A DNA stretch of 64,000 bases from Candidatus Latescibacterota bacterium (lineage in GTDB: Bacteria > Latescibacterota > UBA2968 > UBA8231). Below, piece by piece: positions 46,747 to 55,647 of the stretch. Location: assembly GCA_965223905.1 (NCBI GenBank), contig CBDCXV010000011.1, positions 1,792,001 to 1,856,000 on the forward strand, given 5' to 3'. Position numbers and translations under genes: made by a program. The notes under the pieces were generated by a model that saw nothing but the letters and a program-made list of their open reading frames with translations, did no database searches and was not told the origin of the DNA. Position 1 is the stretch's first letter; each line of letters begins with the position of its first letter.

Positions 46747-47960
46747 CAGTACTCGTTCCGGTAGCTGTAGACGTGGAGCAGCAGGCCGATGGCAATCCAG
46801 TTCGCCAACAGGGAAGAGCCCCCGTAGCTCAGGAACGGAAGCGGCAATCCGGTAACCGGCATCACGCCGAGGGTCATGCCGACGTTGACGAACACGTGAA
46901 AGGTGAACATCGACGCCAGGCCGATCGCCGTCAGGCTGAAAAACCGGTTGCTCGCCATCGTGCCGATGTAGAGCGAGCGGCAGATGACGGCCAGAAACAG
47001 CGTCAGCACCAGGAGCACGCCGCCGAAACCGAGTTCCTCGCCGATGACGGAGAAGATGAAGTCGGTGTGCGCGGCCGGCAGGAATTCGTACTTCGCCTGG
47101 GTACCCTCGAGGAATCCCTTCCCGGTCAGGCCCCCCGATCCGATGGCGATTTTCGACTGGATGATGTTCCAGCCGGCACCCAGCGGATCGCTTTCGGGAT
47201 CGAGCATCGTCAGGATGCGGGTTTTCTGGTAGTCGCGAACTATTTCCGACCACAGGTACAGCCCCGCGGTCAGGTTGACGGCCAGCAGCGCCAGGGTCGC
47301 CCACAGCCGCGCCACCACGAGGTGGATGCCGACCGAGCTGGCGATGATGAAGAAGGCGTACAGGATGGCGGCGTTGTCCGGCCCCCACAGCGGCTCGAAG
47401 GAGAAGACCACGCTGAGCACGGGAGCGATGATGATAAGCAGGTGTGAGGGCCTCATCCCCGCCCAGTAGATCATCGAAAACAACGACCCGCCCATGGCGA
47501 CGGCGGTACCCAGGTCGGGTTGCTTGGCGACCAGGCCCATCGGCGCGAGGGTCAGCGCCATGACCATCACGAACGGCTTGGGGCTGTTGATCTGCTCCGC
47601 GTTGGTGTCCCCAAGGCAACGAGCGAGGGCGAGCACGGTGGTCACCTTCACCAACTCGCTCGGTTGCAGTCGCAGCGGACCGATGGCGAGCCAGCGCGCC
47701 GGTTCGCCAGACCCCCAGACCAGCACGGCAGCCAGCAGAAGCAGGGAAAACCCGTATGCCGGGTACGCCAGTCCGTAGACGAGACGCTCCGGAACGTAGA
47801 CGATGGCCGCAGCGGCCATCAACGAGAGCAGGGCGAAAAAGGCCTGGTTCTTCCAGACGTACGAGCCGCTGGCGGCGCTGTGGATCATGAAGACTCCCAC
47901 CACCACCATCGCCGCGGCCGGCGCCAGCAACAGCAAGTCGAAGTCGCGGGCCGCCTTCAC
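46746..47960 (-). CDS. rodA: Rod shape-determining protein RodA (SEDS)
   Basis: LQPSEL.K, QPDLGT, YQKTRI, GWNIIQSKIAIGSGG..GKG, HTDFIFSVIGEELGF, LPFLSYGGSS; downstream of mrdA. Confidence 0.95.
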   Translation of the reverse strand: MKAARDFDLLLLAPAAAMVVVGVFMIHSAASGSYVWKNQAFFALLSLMAAAAIVYVPERLVYGLAYPAYGFSLLLLAAVLVWGSGEPARWLAIGPLRLQPSELVKVTTVLALARCLGDTNAEQINSPKPFVMVMALTLAPMGLVAKQPDLGTAVAMGGSLFSMIYWAGMRPSHLLIIIAPVLSVVFSFEPLWGPDNAAILYAFFIIASSVGIHLVVARLWATLALLAVNLTAGLYLWSEIVRDYQKTRILTMLDPESDPLGAGWNIIQSKIAIGSGGLTGKGFLEGTQAKYEFLPAAHTDFIFSVIGEELGFGGVLLVLTLFLAVICRSLYIGTMASNRFFSLTAIGLASMFTFHVFVNVGMTLGVMPVTGLPLPFLSYGGSSLLANWIAIGLLLHVYSYRNEY

Positions 47961-49735
47961 GTCCCCGGGGGCCTTTCGTTCCCATCTGTCACCGGGGCCG
48001 ACCGCGAACCGGGCGCGGCGAGCCTGTCCTCGAAACAGGCCTCGAAGACCGCGCGCGCCACCGGAGCGGCAACGGCTCCTCCCCCTCCTCCCCCTTCAAC
48101 GATCACGGCGACGGCTATCTCCGGCTTCTCAAAGGGAGCGAAAGCGATGAACCATGCGTCGTCCCCCCTGCCGGGAGCCTGTGCGGTTCCGCTCTTGCCT
48201 GCGGCTTCGAGTCCGTCGAGACGCAGGCGCCTCCCGGTTCCGTTGGGGTTGTAGACGACGCGGCGCATCGACTCCTTGACGATTTCCAGAGTGCTCCTGG
48301 AAATCCCCTCGATTCTCTCCGGCCGCGGGGCCGGACCGTGAACGTGGGGAGTGACGAGGTGACCGCCGTTGGCCAGGGCGGCTACGTATCGGGCCATCTG
48401 CAGCGGCGTCGCCAGGAAGGCTCCCTGTCCGATTACGAGGTTCAGCAGGTGCCCGGCAGCCCACCACCCCTCGTTTTCGACATAGTACTGGCGCGAGGGC
48501 AGCAGGCCGGTTCTCTCCATGAACTCCTCGTGAAAGCCTGTCGCGGCGCCGAACCCGAGCTTGGAGGCCGTGGCGTACCACGCCTTCATGCCGAGATGCT
48601 GGGCGAGATGATAGAAATAGATATTGCAAGAGGTGGCGGTCGCTTCCAGCAGGTTCAGCGCCCCGTGCCCCCGGCGGTTGAAACAGCGGAAGACGGTGTC
48701 TCCCACCCTCAGTGTGCCGGCGCAGGGTGGGAAGGTGCTCATAGTGTCGGTTATTCCCGCTTCGAGGGCGGCGACCGAGGCGACCATCTTCAGGGTCGAA
48801 CCGGGCGGGTACTGCCCCTGGAGCGAGCGGTTCAGAAGATCGTTGTCACTGGACATCAGGCGCAGCCGATCCTGCTGGGACTGGAACGACACGAAAACAT
48901 TCGGATCGAAGCTCGGCCTGCTAGCCATCGCCAGAACGGCCCCGTCGCGGGGGTCGATGGCCACCACACTGCCGGCCCGGGTATCCGGCAACGCGGCTTC
49001 GGCAGCGCGCTGAAGGTCGAGGTCCAGGGTGAGTACGAGGTCCCGTCCCGGCGTCGGGACCCGTTCCCTCTCGGGAAACGGGAATTCATCAATGATGCGG
49101 AGCTTGGCATCCATCTCCACGTAGCGGACCCCGTCCCAGCCGCGCAGAGTGTCCTCGAAAACCTTCTCGATCCCGCTCCTCCCTACATAGTCCCCCGAGA
49201 CGTAGCGCCTCGACCGCAACTTGCCTATGTCGTTTGGCGGCAATTGTCCCATGTACCCTAGCAGGTGGGAGGCCACCGGGCCGTGGGGATACTGTCGTTG
49301 CGGCTCGATGGCGATCGCCAGAGGCCAATCATCCATGAGGCGCTCCTCGACGATGCAGACGGTTTCGAAATCGACGTCTCGCTTCAGCCGCTTGAACCGC
49401 TCCTCGGAGGCAGGAAGCGGGATCTCTTCACCGAGCGCGCTTCCGAGGGCGGCAATGGTTTCGGCGTTGCGCCGTGACGTCGAGGAGATCAGCGAGACCG
49501 TGTAGGAGGCGCGGTTGCGGGCAAGGACGCGGCCGCGGCGATCAAGGATACGCCCTCGCGGAGCCGTGACGCGCTTTTGGTGGATGCGGTTGTCCTCCGA
49601 CTCCTTGGCGTAGTCGGCAAAGGTCCTGACCTGCAGATGGAAAAGCCGGATCAGGAGCACGCTGAACAGGATGGCTACCGCGATGATCAGGACGCGGAAC
49701 TTGCTCATCCACTGTTTGTGAGTCGCCGGATCCAT
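47957..49735 (-). CDS. mrdA: Penicillin-binding protein 2
   Basis: APRGRILDR.G..LA.N, YPPGSTLK (SxxK), SCN (SxN), AGKSGTAQ (KS/TG). Confidence 0.93.
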   Translation of the reverse strand: MDPATHKQWMSKFRVLIIAVAILFSVLLIRLFHLQVRTFADYAKESEDNRIHQKRVTAPRGRILDRRGRVLARNRASYTVSLISSTSRRNAETIAALGSALGEEIPLPASEERFKRLKRDVDFETVCIVEERLMDDWPLAIAIEPQRQYPHGPVASHLLGYMGQLPPNDIGKLRSRRYVSGDYVGRSGIEKVFEDTLRGWDGVRYVEMDAKLRIIDEFPFPERERVPTPGRDLVLTLDLDLQRAAEAALPDTRAGSVVAIDPRDGAVLAMASRPSFDPNVFVSFQSQQDRLRLMSSDNDLLNRSLQGQYPPGSTLKMVASVAALEAGITDTMSTFPPCAGTLRVGDTVFRCFNRRGHGALNLLEATATSCNIYFYHLAQHLGMKAWYATASKLGFGAATGFHEEFMERTGLLPSRQYYVENEGWWAAGHLLNLVIGQGAFLATPLQMARYVAALANGGHLVTPHVHGPAPRPERIEGISRSTLEIVKESMRRVVYNPNGTGRRLRLDGLEAAGKSGTAQAPGRGDDAWFIAFAPFEKPEIAVAVIVEGGGGGGAVAAPVARAVFEACFEDRLAAPGSRSAPVTDGNERPPGT

Positions 49736-49747
49736 GGCGGAGCAGTT

Positions 49748-50242
49748 TCAGCGGGATCTTACAGGTGGAATGCGACGCAGCACCCGCAAAGGAAACACAA
49801 CGAGGCCGGCGGCCAGGCCGGTGAAAAGCGCCCGGCCAGGCGCGTAACGCAGCCAGAAATAGGGCTTCTCCAACACCGCGACCCCGCCGTGGGCGGCGTA
49901 GAAGATCAGGTCGTGCACCAGGACGGCGGCGCAGATGATCATCACCTGAACCCGCGGCGAATCGGCCAGAACGCGGCCCCGCAGCGAGGCGACGGCGAAG
50001 GCGGTGACCGACTTGGCCAGGGCGTTCAACCCCAGCTCGCCCGGAAGATAGGTATCCTGGACGAAGCCGGCGCAGAAGGCGAGAAGGGTCGACCGAACCG
50101 GTCCTGCCCTCAGGGCGATGAAGACGACCGTCAGGATGACCGCGTCCGGGAAAACCTCGAAAATAACGAGGTGGTGAGCCCATGTCGTCTGGATCACGAA
50201 CGCCAGGCACAGAAACAGGATCTGCCGTACCAGGTCGAGCAC
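49748..50242 (-). CDS. mreD: Rod shape-determining protein MreD
   Basis: 164 aa hydrophobic protein with PD, AF.AGF.QD and LG.NALAK, immediately upstream of mrdA. Confidence 0.85.
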   Translation of the reverse strand: MLDLVRQILFLCLAFVIQTTWAHHLVIFEVFPDAVILTVVFIALRAGPVRSTLLAFCAGFVQDTYLPGELGLNALAKSVTAFAVASLRGRVLADSPRVQVMIICAAVLVHDLIFYAAHGGVAVLEKPYFWLRYAPGRALFTGLAAGLVVFPLRVLRRIPPVRSR

Positions 50243-50249
50243 AGCGACG

Positions 50250-52280
50250 CTAGTCCACTTGCGATGGAACCCTGAGCGTCATCCCGGTGAGAAGCGTCGT
50301 CGACTGGCTCATGTTGTTGTTGCGGGCAATGGAGAGCGCGTTGGTGCCGAAGCGGCGCGCAATGCTGTGGAGAGTGTCTCCGCCTATGACCGTGTAGAGG
50401 TCGAAACCGCCGTCCTCCGGCGGGCCCACGACAAGATCCCGCCCCGGTCTGATCGTCGAGTCGGTGAGCCCGTTCCAGGCGATCAGGTCGTCCAGGTCGA
50501 TGCGGTAGCGCCGCGACAGCCCCCACAAGGTTTCGCCAGGCTGGACGCGGTGTACGGTTCCACGGGTCGGAAGCTGTGATCGGGACGGGGGGGGCGTCCC
50601 CGATCCCGAAATCTCGAGCCGCAGCTTGTCTCCCGGCCGAATCAGGTCGCCCCGCAGCCCGTTCCAGCGCTTCAGGTCGTCAACGGGGATCCGGTACCGG
50701 CGCGCCACCGTGCTCAGCGATTCACCCCGGCGGACCGTATGGACGGAAGGGGTCCCCTGCGAGCGGCCGACGTTCACTGTGGTCCGCACCCGCCCGGTCG
50801 TAGAGCTCACGGGGATGAAAAGGCTTTGTCCGGGGTGGATGAGGTCGGGATTTCGCAATCCGTTGGCCTCGGCGATGTCGCGGATGCGGATGCCGAACGC
50901 GGCGGCTATCGACGATATGCTGTCGCCGCGGCGGACCACGTACCGGTCGACCCCGGGTTTCTGCGAATCGGGAAGCCGTGCGTAGGAGCGCAGCAAGGAT
51001 GGACCGCTTCCTGCCGGTACCCGCAGGAAATACGGTTTCCCTGGTGGCGTCCACTGACGCCGCAACTCCGGGTTGAGGTCCCGGAGCGTCTGGTATTCGA
51101 TTCCAATGAGGCGCGCCGCGGTCGGCAGGTGCACCTGTTCCGAGAACCGCACCTGCTCGACGTCGGCAGGGGTCTCCGTGGGCGGATGGTCCAGCCCGAA
51201 CAGCCGCGGGTTCTTTGAGATGAGCGTCGCCGCCATCAGCAACGGCACGTAGTTTCGCGTCTCTCTCGGCAGCTGCAGCTCCCAGAAGTCGCGGCTACCC
51301 GCCTTTTCGATCGCCCGCGAAACGCGTCCCTTGCCGGAATTGTACGCCGCCGCGGCCAGCCGCCAATCTCCGAAATGCGCGAACAGGTCCTTGAGGTGAC
51401 GGGCGGCGGCACGCGTGGCCTTTTCCGGGTCGCGGCGCTCGTCGACCCAGTGAGTTCGGTCAAGCCCGTAGAGCCGGCCAGTCCCGAGCATGAACTGCCA
51501 CAACCCCACCGCCTTGGCTCTTGAATAGGCGCGCGGGTTGAAGCCGCTTTCGATCATGGCCAGGTAGAAGAAGTCGAGGGGAAGCCCCTCGCTGCGCAGG
51601 ATGTCGAGAATCATGTCTCGGTACCGGCCCGAGCGGCGCATCCAGTTCGCGTAGCTTTTGCGGCCCTTGGTCTGGAAGAAATGAATGCTGGCGGCGACCC
51701 GGGGGTTGTAGTCGATCGGAATGTCGCAAAGAGGCATGACCTTGTGGATGCGGACCTTCAGGCTGGCATCGGGGGGAAGGTCCTCGATGCGCTCTTCCGA
51801 CAATCCCTGAAGCAGAACAGACACCGGGCTTTCGGGAGACAGGCTCTCGAGGTGGGGCACCAACGTCAGGTAGGTGCGCTCTACCGCGGCCGCGAGGCTG
51901 TCGACAGCCTCTGCATACGGCGGCGGGCCGGCATACGCGACCGGGCCCGGGTCAACGGGCGGAAGCTGGCCGGGCACGGTTTCCTCCGCCTCTTCGCCGT
52001 CCTCCTCCTGCTGCAGGGCCATTAAAGTGAGAAATGCCTTGTCGAGCTCCCTTTGAGCCGACTCGAACCGCTTGGCTGCGATCTCCTCAAGAGCGCGCAG
52101 ATGGCGCATGCGTGCCCGCAGGAGCAGCCGCTCGCGCTCGCGTTCGAGCGAGAGATCGGCATACACGGAATCGGCCGCCTCGGCAACGGGCTGAGGGTCG
52201 TCGTGGACCACCCACTTGGACGAGCACCCCGCCAAGTGTGCGACCAGGGACAGCAGGATCACTCGCGCGACCGCGCTCAT
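50250..52280 (-). CDS. MltD-like lytic transglycosylase lipoprotein with four LysM domains
   Basis: Lipobox LAGC; AMIESGFNPRAYS.A.A.GLWQFM, DERRDPEKAT.AA, AAYNSG, ETRNYVP; four LysM repeats. Confidence 0.9.
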   Translation of the reverse strand: MSAVARVILLSLVAHLAGCSSKWVVHDDPQPVAEAADSVYADLSLERERERLLLRARMRHLRALEEIAAKRFESAQRELDKAFLTLMALQQEEDGEEAEETVPGQLPPVDPGPVAYAGPPPYAEAVDSLAAAVERTYLTLVPHLESLSPESPVSVLLQGLSEERIEDLPPDASLKVRIHKVMPLCDIPIDYNPRVAASIHFFQTKGRKSYANWMRRSGRYRDMILDILRSEGLPLDFFYLAMIESGFNPRAYSRAKAVGLWQFMLGTGRLYGLDRTHWVDERRDPEKATRAAARHLKDLFAHFGDWRLAAAAYNSGKGRVSRAIEKAGSRDFWELQLPRETRNYVPLLMAATLISKNPRLFGLDHPPTETPADVEQVRFSEQVHLPTAARLIGIEYQTLRDLNPELRRQWTPPGKPYFLRVPAGSGPSLLRSYARLPDSQKPGVDRYVVRRGDSISSIAAAFGIRIRDIAEANGLRNPDLIHPGQSLFIPVSSTTGRVRTTVNVGRSQGTPSVHTVRRGESLSTVARRYRIPVDDLKRWNGLRGDLIRPGDKLRLEISGSGTPPPSRSQLPTRGTVHRVQPGETLWGLSRRYRIDLDDLIAWNGLTDSTIRPGRDLVVGPPEDGGFDLYTVIGGDTLHSIARRFGTNALSIARNNNMSQSTTLLTGMTLRVPSQVD

Positions 52281-53164
52281 TGGTCCTCCTTCGGAACCGT
52301 CACCTCGCGGCGCACCTTCAGGGCGCTGGGAAAGCCGCGTCTCTTGACCAACGCCACCAACTCCTGCGCCGCGGCTTCCTCCCCGGCCCTGAACTGGCCC
52401 ACCTCGACCTTGAACAAGGGCTCGTGGAAGTTGATCTCCACATCGTCCCGGCCGAGCCGTTCGACCGCCTTGCGGCGGAACGCCTCGGCATCCGCGAGAT
52501 CGAGAGACTCGTAGATGAGGACCCTCCAGCCCGGTTCGTGCAAGAGCCCGGGATCCTCCGGCCCGGGGAGGTCCTGCTCGGGCTCCTCTCCAGGGGGATG
52601 GCGTTTTTCGATCGGCGATTCCACCTGTCCGGCGGCAGGGTCGTGGACGACGAAGGCGTCCGAGAAGTCGCTTTTCATTTCCGCAATTCGCGCCCGTAGC
52701 GCCTGGGCGGCGTCAGGGCCGGCCAATCGACCTGCCCTGACGGCATGCAGACCGTTGTGCGCAAATACGGTTACCTCTACCCCCAGCTGCCGCTGCAACG
52801 ATCCGGCAAGCACCCGCGCCGCGGTTTCACTGCTGAGGGCGACGACCTGGACGCGGTATGCCCCCCGACTTTCCGTTGCGGCACTGCCGCCTCCGGGACG
52901 TTTCTCGACGGAAGACCCGCCTTCAGAAACCGACGACTCCGCTGCAGGGGGTGCGAACGCCGGTTCGATCAGCAGCAGATCTTCCCGCACCGACCGCGGA
53001 TCGAACTCCTCGGCGAGCGGGCGCGCGCCGTCGGTAACCCGCGGGAGCGTTTGCGGCACCTGTTTCGCCGGGCCTGCGCAGCCGATGCAGGCAATCAGCA
53101 CCGAATGCAGCGCGGCGGGAACGTGGCCGTAGAGAACGCTAGGCGCGCGGTGACTGCTTTTCAT
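52277..53164 (-). CDS. SPOR domain-containing lipoprotein
   Basis: IGCAG lipobox-like sequence; two SPOR-like units (YRVQVVA...VRAG and WRVLIY...FKVEVGQF...GFPSA). Confidence 0.7.
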   Translation of the reverse strand: MKSSHRAPSVLYGHVPAALHSVLIACIGCAGPAKQVPQTLPRVTDGARPLAEEFDPRSVREDLLLIEPAFAPPAAESSVSEGGSSVEKRPGGGSAATESRGAYRVQVVALSSETAARVLAGSLQRQLGVEVTVFAHNGLHAVRAGRLAGPDAAQALRARIAEMKSDFSDAFVVHDPAAGQVESPIEKRHPPGEEPEQDLPGPEDPGLLHEPGWRVLIYESLDLADAEAFRRKAVERLGRDDVEINFHEPLFKVEVGQFRAGEEAAAQELVALVKRRGFPSALKVRREVTVPKEDQ

Positions 53165-54224
53165 GCTTTCCGTTCCAGATGCTCAAGGCGGCATCGAAAG
53201 AGGGCCGCGCCACGCCGTGCTCGGTGATGATGGCGTCGATGAGGCTGTGGGGCGTCACGTCGAAGGCAGGGTTCATGACCTCGACCCCCCGCGGGGTACT
53301 GGCCGCTCCCGGCCGCCCGCTCACCTCTTCCGGGGACCTCTCCTCGATGGGAATTTCGACTCCCGACCGCAGCTGGAAATCGACGGTCGACATCGGGGCG
53401 GCCACGTAGAAGGGGATTCCGTGCTCGCGCGCGAGCACCGCCAATCCATACGTGCCGATCTTGTTGGCGACATCGCCGTTGGCGGCGACGCGGTCGGCGC
53501 CGACGATGACACTGGCAATCTTTTCGGCCCTCATGACGGCCGCGGCGGCCGCGTCGCAGATCACGGTTACGTCGATTCCGTTCTGCATAAGCTCCCATGC
53601 CGTAAGCCGCGAACCCTGCAGGAGCGGCCTTGTCTCGCCGGCGAAAACCCGCACCCGCTTGCCTTGCTGAGCCGCGCCGTACACAACTCCGAGGGCGGTG
53701 CCGCAGCCAGCCGTCGCCAGGGACCCGGCGTTGCAGTGGGTGAGGACCTTGTCGCCATCGGACAACAGGCCGGCCCCGTGCTCCCCGATGCGCCTGCAGA
53801 CGGCGCGGTCCGCCTCACGGATGCGGTGAGCAGCTGCGAGCAGATCGCGGGCGAGCCGCTCTTCATCGAGAGATCCGTCACCTGCACACCGCCCCATCGT
53901 GTCGCGCATCCGGCGCAACGCCCAGAACAGGTTGACGGCAGTCGGCCGCGTACCGGCGAGCCGTTTCAAGGCCCCTTCGACACGCCCCGGGAAATCCGCT
54001 TTTCCGAGGGCATTGCGGGCCGCCAGGGCAACCCCGTAGGCCGCGGCGACGCCGATGGCCGGGGCTCCCCGAACCCTGAGGACCTCGATGCTTTCGGCGA
54101 CCATTTCGGCATCGGTGCAGTCGACGTAGACAACCTCCGCGGGCAGTTGCGTTTGATCGAGCAGGCGCAGGACGGGCTCTTTCCCGCCCCCGGGCTCGAT
54201 CCACTCGGCTGTTTCGATCCTCAC
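53139..54224 (-). CDS. mtnA: S-methyl-5-thioribose-1-phosphate isomerase
   Basis: LLDQTQLP, VRGAPAIG, RPTAVNLFWAL, LTHCNAGSLAT, ETRPLLQGSRLTAWEL, VANKIGTY, NPAFDVTP. Confidence 0.95.
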   Translation of the reverse strand: MRIETAEWIEPGGGKEPVLRLLDQTQLPAEVVYVDCTDAEMVAESIEVLRVRGAPAIGVAAAYGVALAARNALGKADFPGRVEGALKRLAGTRPTAVNLFWALRRMRDTMGRCAGDGSLDEERLARDLLAAAHRIREADRAVCRRIGEHGAGLLSDGDKVLTHCNAGSLATAGCGTALGVVYGAAQQGKRVRVFAGETRPLLQGSRLTAWELMQNGIDVTVICDAAAAAVMRAEKIASVIVGADRVAANGDVANKIGTYGLAVLAREHGIPFYVAAPMSTVDFQLRSGVEIPIEERSPEEVSGRPGAASTPRGVEVMNPAFDVTPHSLIDAIITEHGVARPSFDAALSIWNGKHEKQSPRA

Positions 54225-54640
54225 GTCGTCTCGATTATCCCGGACGCTGCCGGAAGCCGCGGGGGTTCGGACGGATCGCAGTCCAACGCCACATGCTCGG
54301 CGTCTCCCCAAAGACGCTCCAGTTCGTAGTACTCCCGGGCCTGCGGAAGGAAAACGTGGACCACGATATCCACCAAGTCGATCAGCACCCAACGGCGGTG
54401 CTCCATCCCCTCGACATGCCAGGGCTTGTGGCCCGCCACTCTCAGGGACTCGACGAGAGCGGTGACGAGGGCCTTCACGTGGGGGTCCGAAGAAGCGCTG
54501 CAGATAACAAAGCAGTCGGCTGCATCGCTGACCGTCCTCAGGTCGAGAACCAGGATGTCCTCTGCCTTCTTCTCCTGCAGAATTCCGGCGATGAGCGACA
54601 GCCTTGGATCTTGTGACAGAGGGTCGGGGGGGCAGTCCAA
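54221..54640 (-). CDS. rsfS: Ribosome silencing factor RsfS
   Basis: KKAEDILVLDL, FVICS, WVLIDLVDIVVHVF...REYYELERLWGD. Confidence 0.93.
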   Translation of the reverse strand: MDCPPDPLSQDPRLSLIAGILQEKKAEDILVLDLRTVSDAADCFVICSASSDPHVKALVTALVESLRVAGHKPWHVEGMEHRRWVLIDLVDIVVHVFLPQAREYYELERLWGDAEHVALDCDPSEPPRLPAASGIIETT

Positions 54641-54669
54641 ACGCGAATCCAGCTGTTCGGTCCTTTGGT

Positions 54670-55113
54670 CTACTCCAGCAGTTGGAGCTTTCTGTAATCC
54701 TTGCCAACAATAATGCGGATATCCTCGAGGCGGTAGTCGTCCTCACTGATTTGCTGGATGTAGTTGGGGATTCCGAGCAAGGAGGCGACCTGCCGGGTCC
54801 TTTCGAGGTCTCCGTCGCGATCGATGACGATCGATTCGAGATAGCCGAAACTGTCGGCGTTACCCTCTTCGATTACGTCGAGGCCCAGTGACTGCGCCTT
54901 TTCCCTCATGCGGGCGGCGACGCCCGGATCTCCGCATCCGTTCAGGACCGAAACGCGAGTGAACAGTACCGGAGCCGGCGCGGCCTGGGCCGGTTCAGAG
55001 ACCGGCACGACCGGCTCTACATGTTCCTCGACCTGGAATCGCGGCCAGATGGAAGCCGCCAGAAGAAAGGCTCCCGCAAGGCTGCCCAAGAGCCACAATG
55101 CTTTGTCCCGCAC
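54670..55113 (-). CDS. LytR C-terminal domain-containing membrane protein
   Basis: N-terminal TM; V.VLNGCG..GVA, GNAD, IRIIVGKDY. Confidence 0.85.
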   Translation of the reverse strand: MRDKALWLLGSLAGAFLLAASIWPRFQVEEHVEPVVPVSEPAQAAPAPVLFTRVSVLNGCGDPGVAARMREKAQSLGLDVIEEGNADSFGYLESIVIDRDGDLERTRQVASLLGIPNYIQQISEDDYRLEDIRIIVGKDYRKLQLLE

Positions 55114-55252
55114 AGGATCAGGGGATCATAAACGATGCTTCGGGGATGGCTATAAATCAAGCGGAACTCGTCCATAAAGTCAAACAAAAAAAGATATTTA
55201 CGGACGATTCGGAGGAGCCGCCCCGGCCCCTTCGGAACGGGTGCTCGAAGGC

Positions 55253-55378
55253 TCAGGTGCCGAGAAGCCCCATGCCGATGCGGACAGCGAGATACAGCGA
55301 CGAGACCGCGGTCAGCGCTCGCGCGCAGCGATCGGCGATCAGGGCAGCCTTGCAAATTGTGTGGTCGATAGAGTGCAC
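55253..55378 (-). CDS. Candidate 41-aa small protein with hydrophobic C-terminal half
   Basis: GTG start gives MHSIDHTICKAALIADRCARALTAVSSLYLAVRIGMGLLGT*, beginning at the predicted TSS of a strong promoter. Below the ORF-track length cutoff. Confidence 0.4.
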   Translation of the reverse strand: MHSIDHTICKAALIADRCARALTAVSSLYLAVRIGMGLLGT

Positions 55379-55384
55379 ATATGT

Positions 55385-55413
55385 ATCTTAGTGAACATGG
55401 TTTCAGGTGTCAA
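55385..55413 (-). promoter_or_regulatory. Near-consensus sigma70 promoter
   Basis: Minus strand TTGACA (55413-55408), 17 bp spacer, TAAGAT (55390-55385), with an AT-rich UP-like region. Confidence 0.7.
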
Positions 55414-55647
55414 CTATTTTTACCGGAAACCAGAGCCGACAGATTTTTCGTAGGGAAGCAATCCGGGGATGCAGCAGGCAAAACCGGTCTGCGGCCTTGC
55501 CTCGACATGTCGAGGATAGCCGGCATCCCCTTTCCCCTAAACCGTGGCCGGGTCAGGGGATTTGAGCTATAACCCAAATGTCCTGCCCAGGGAAATGAGT
55601 TCCATGATTCGACCGCGGAGGCCAGGGTCAGACGGGATTTCCCGCAC

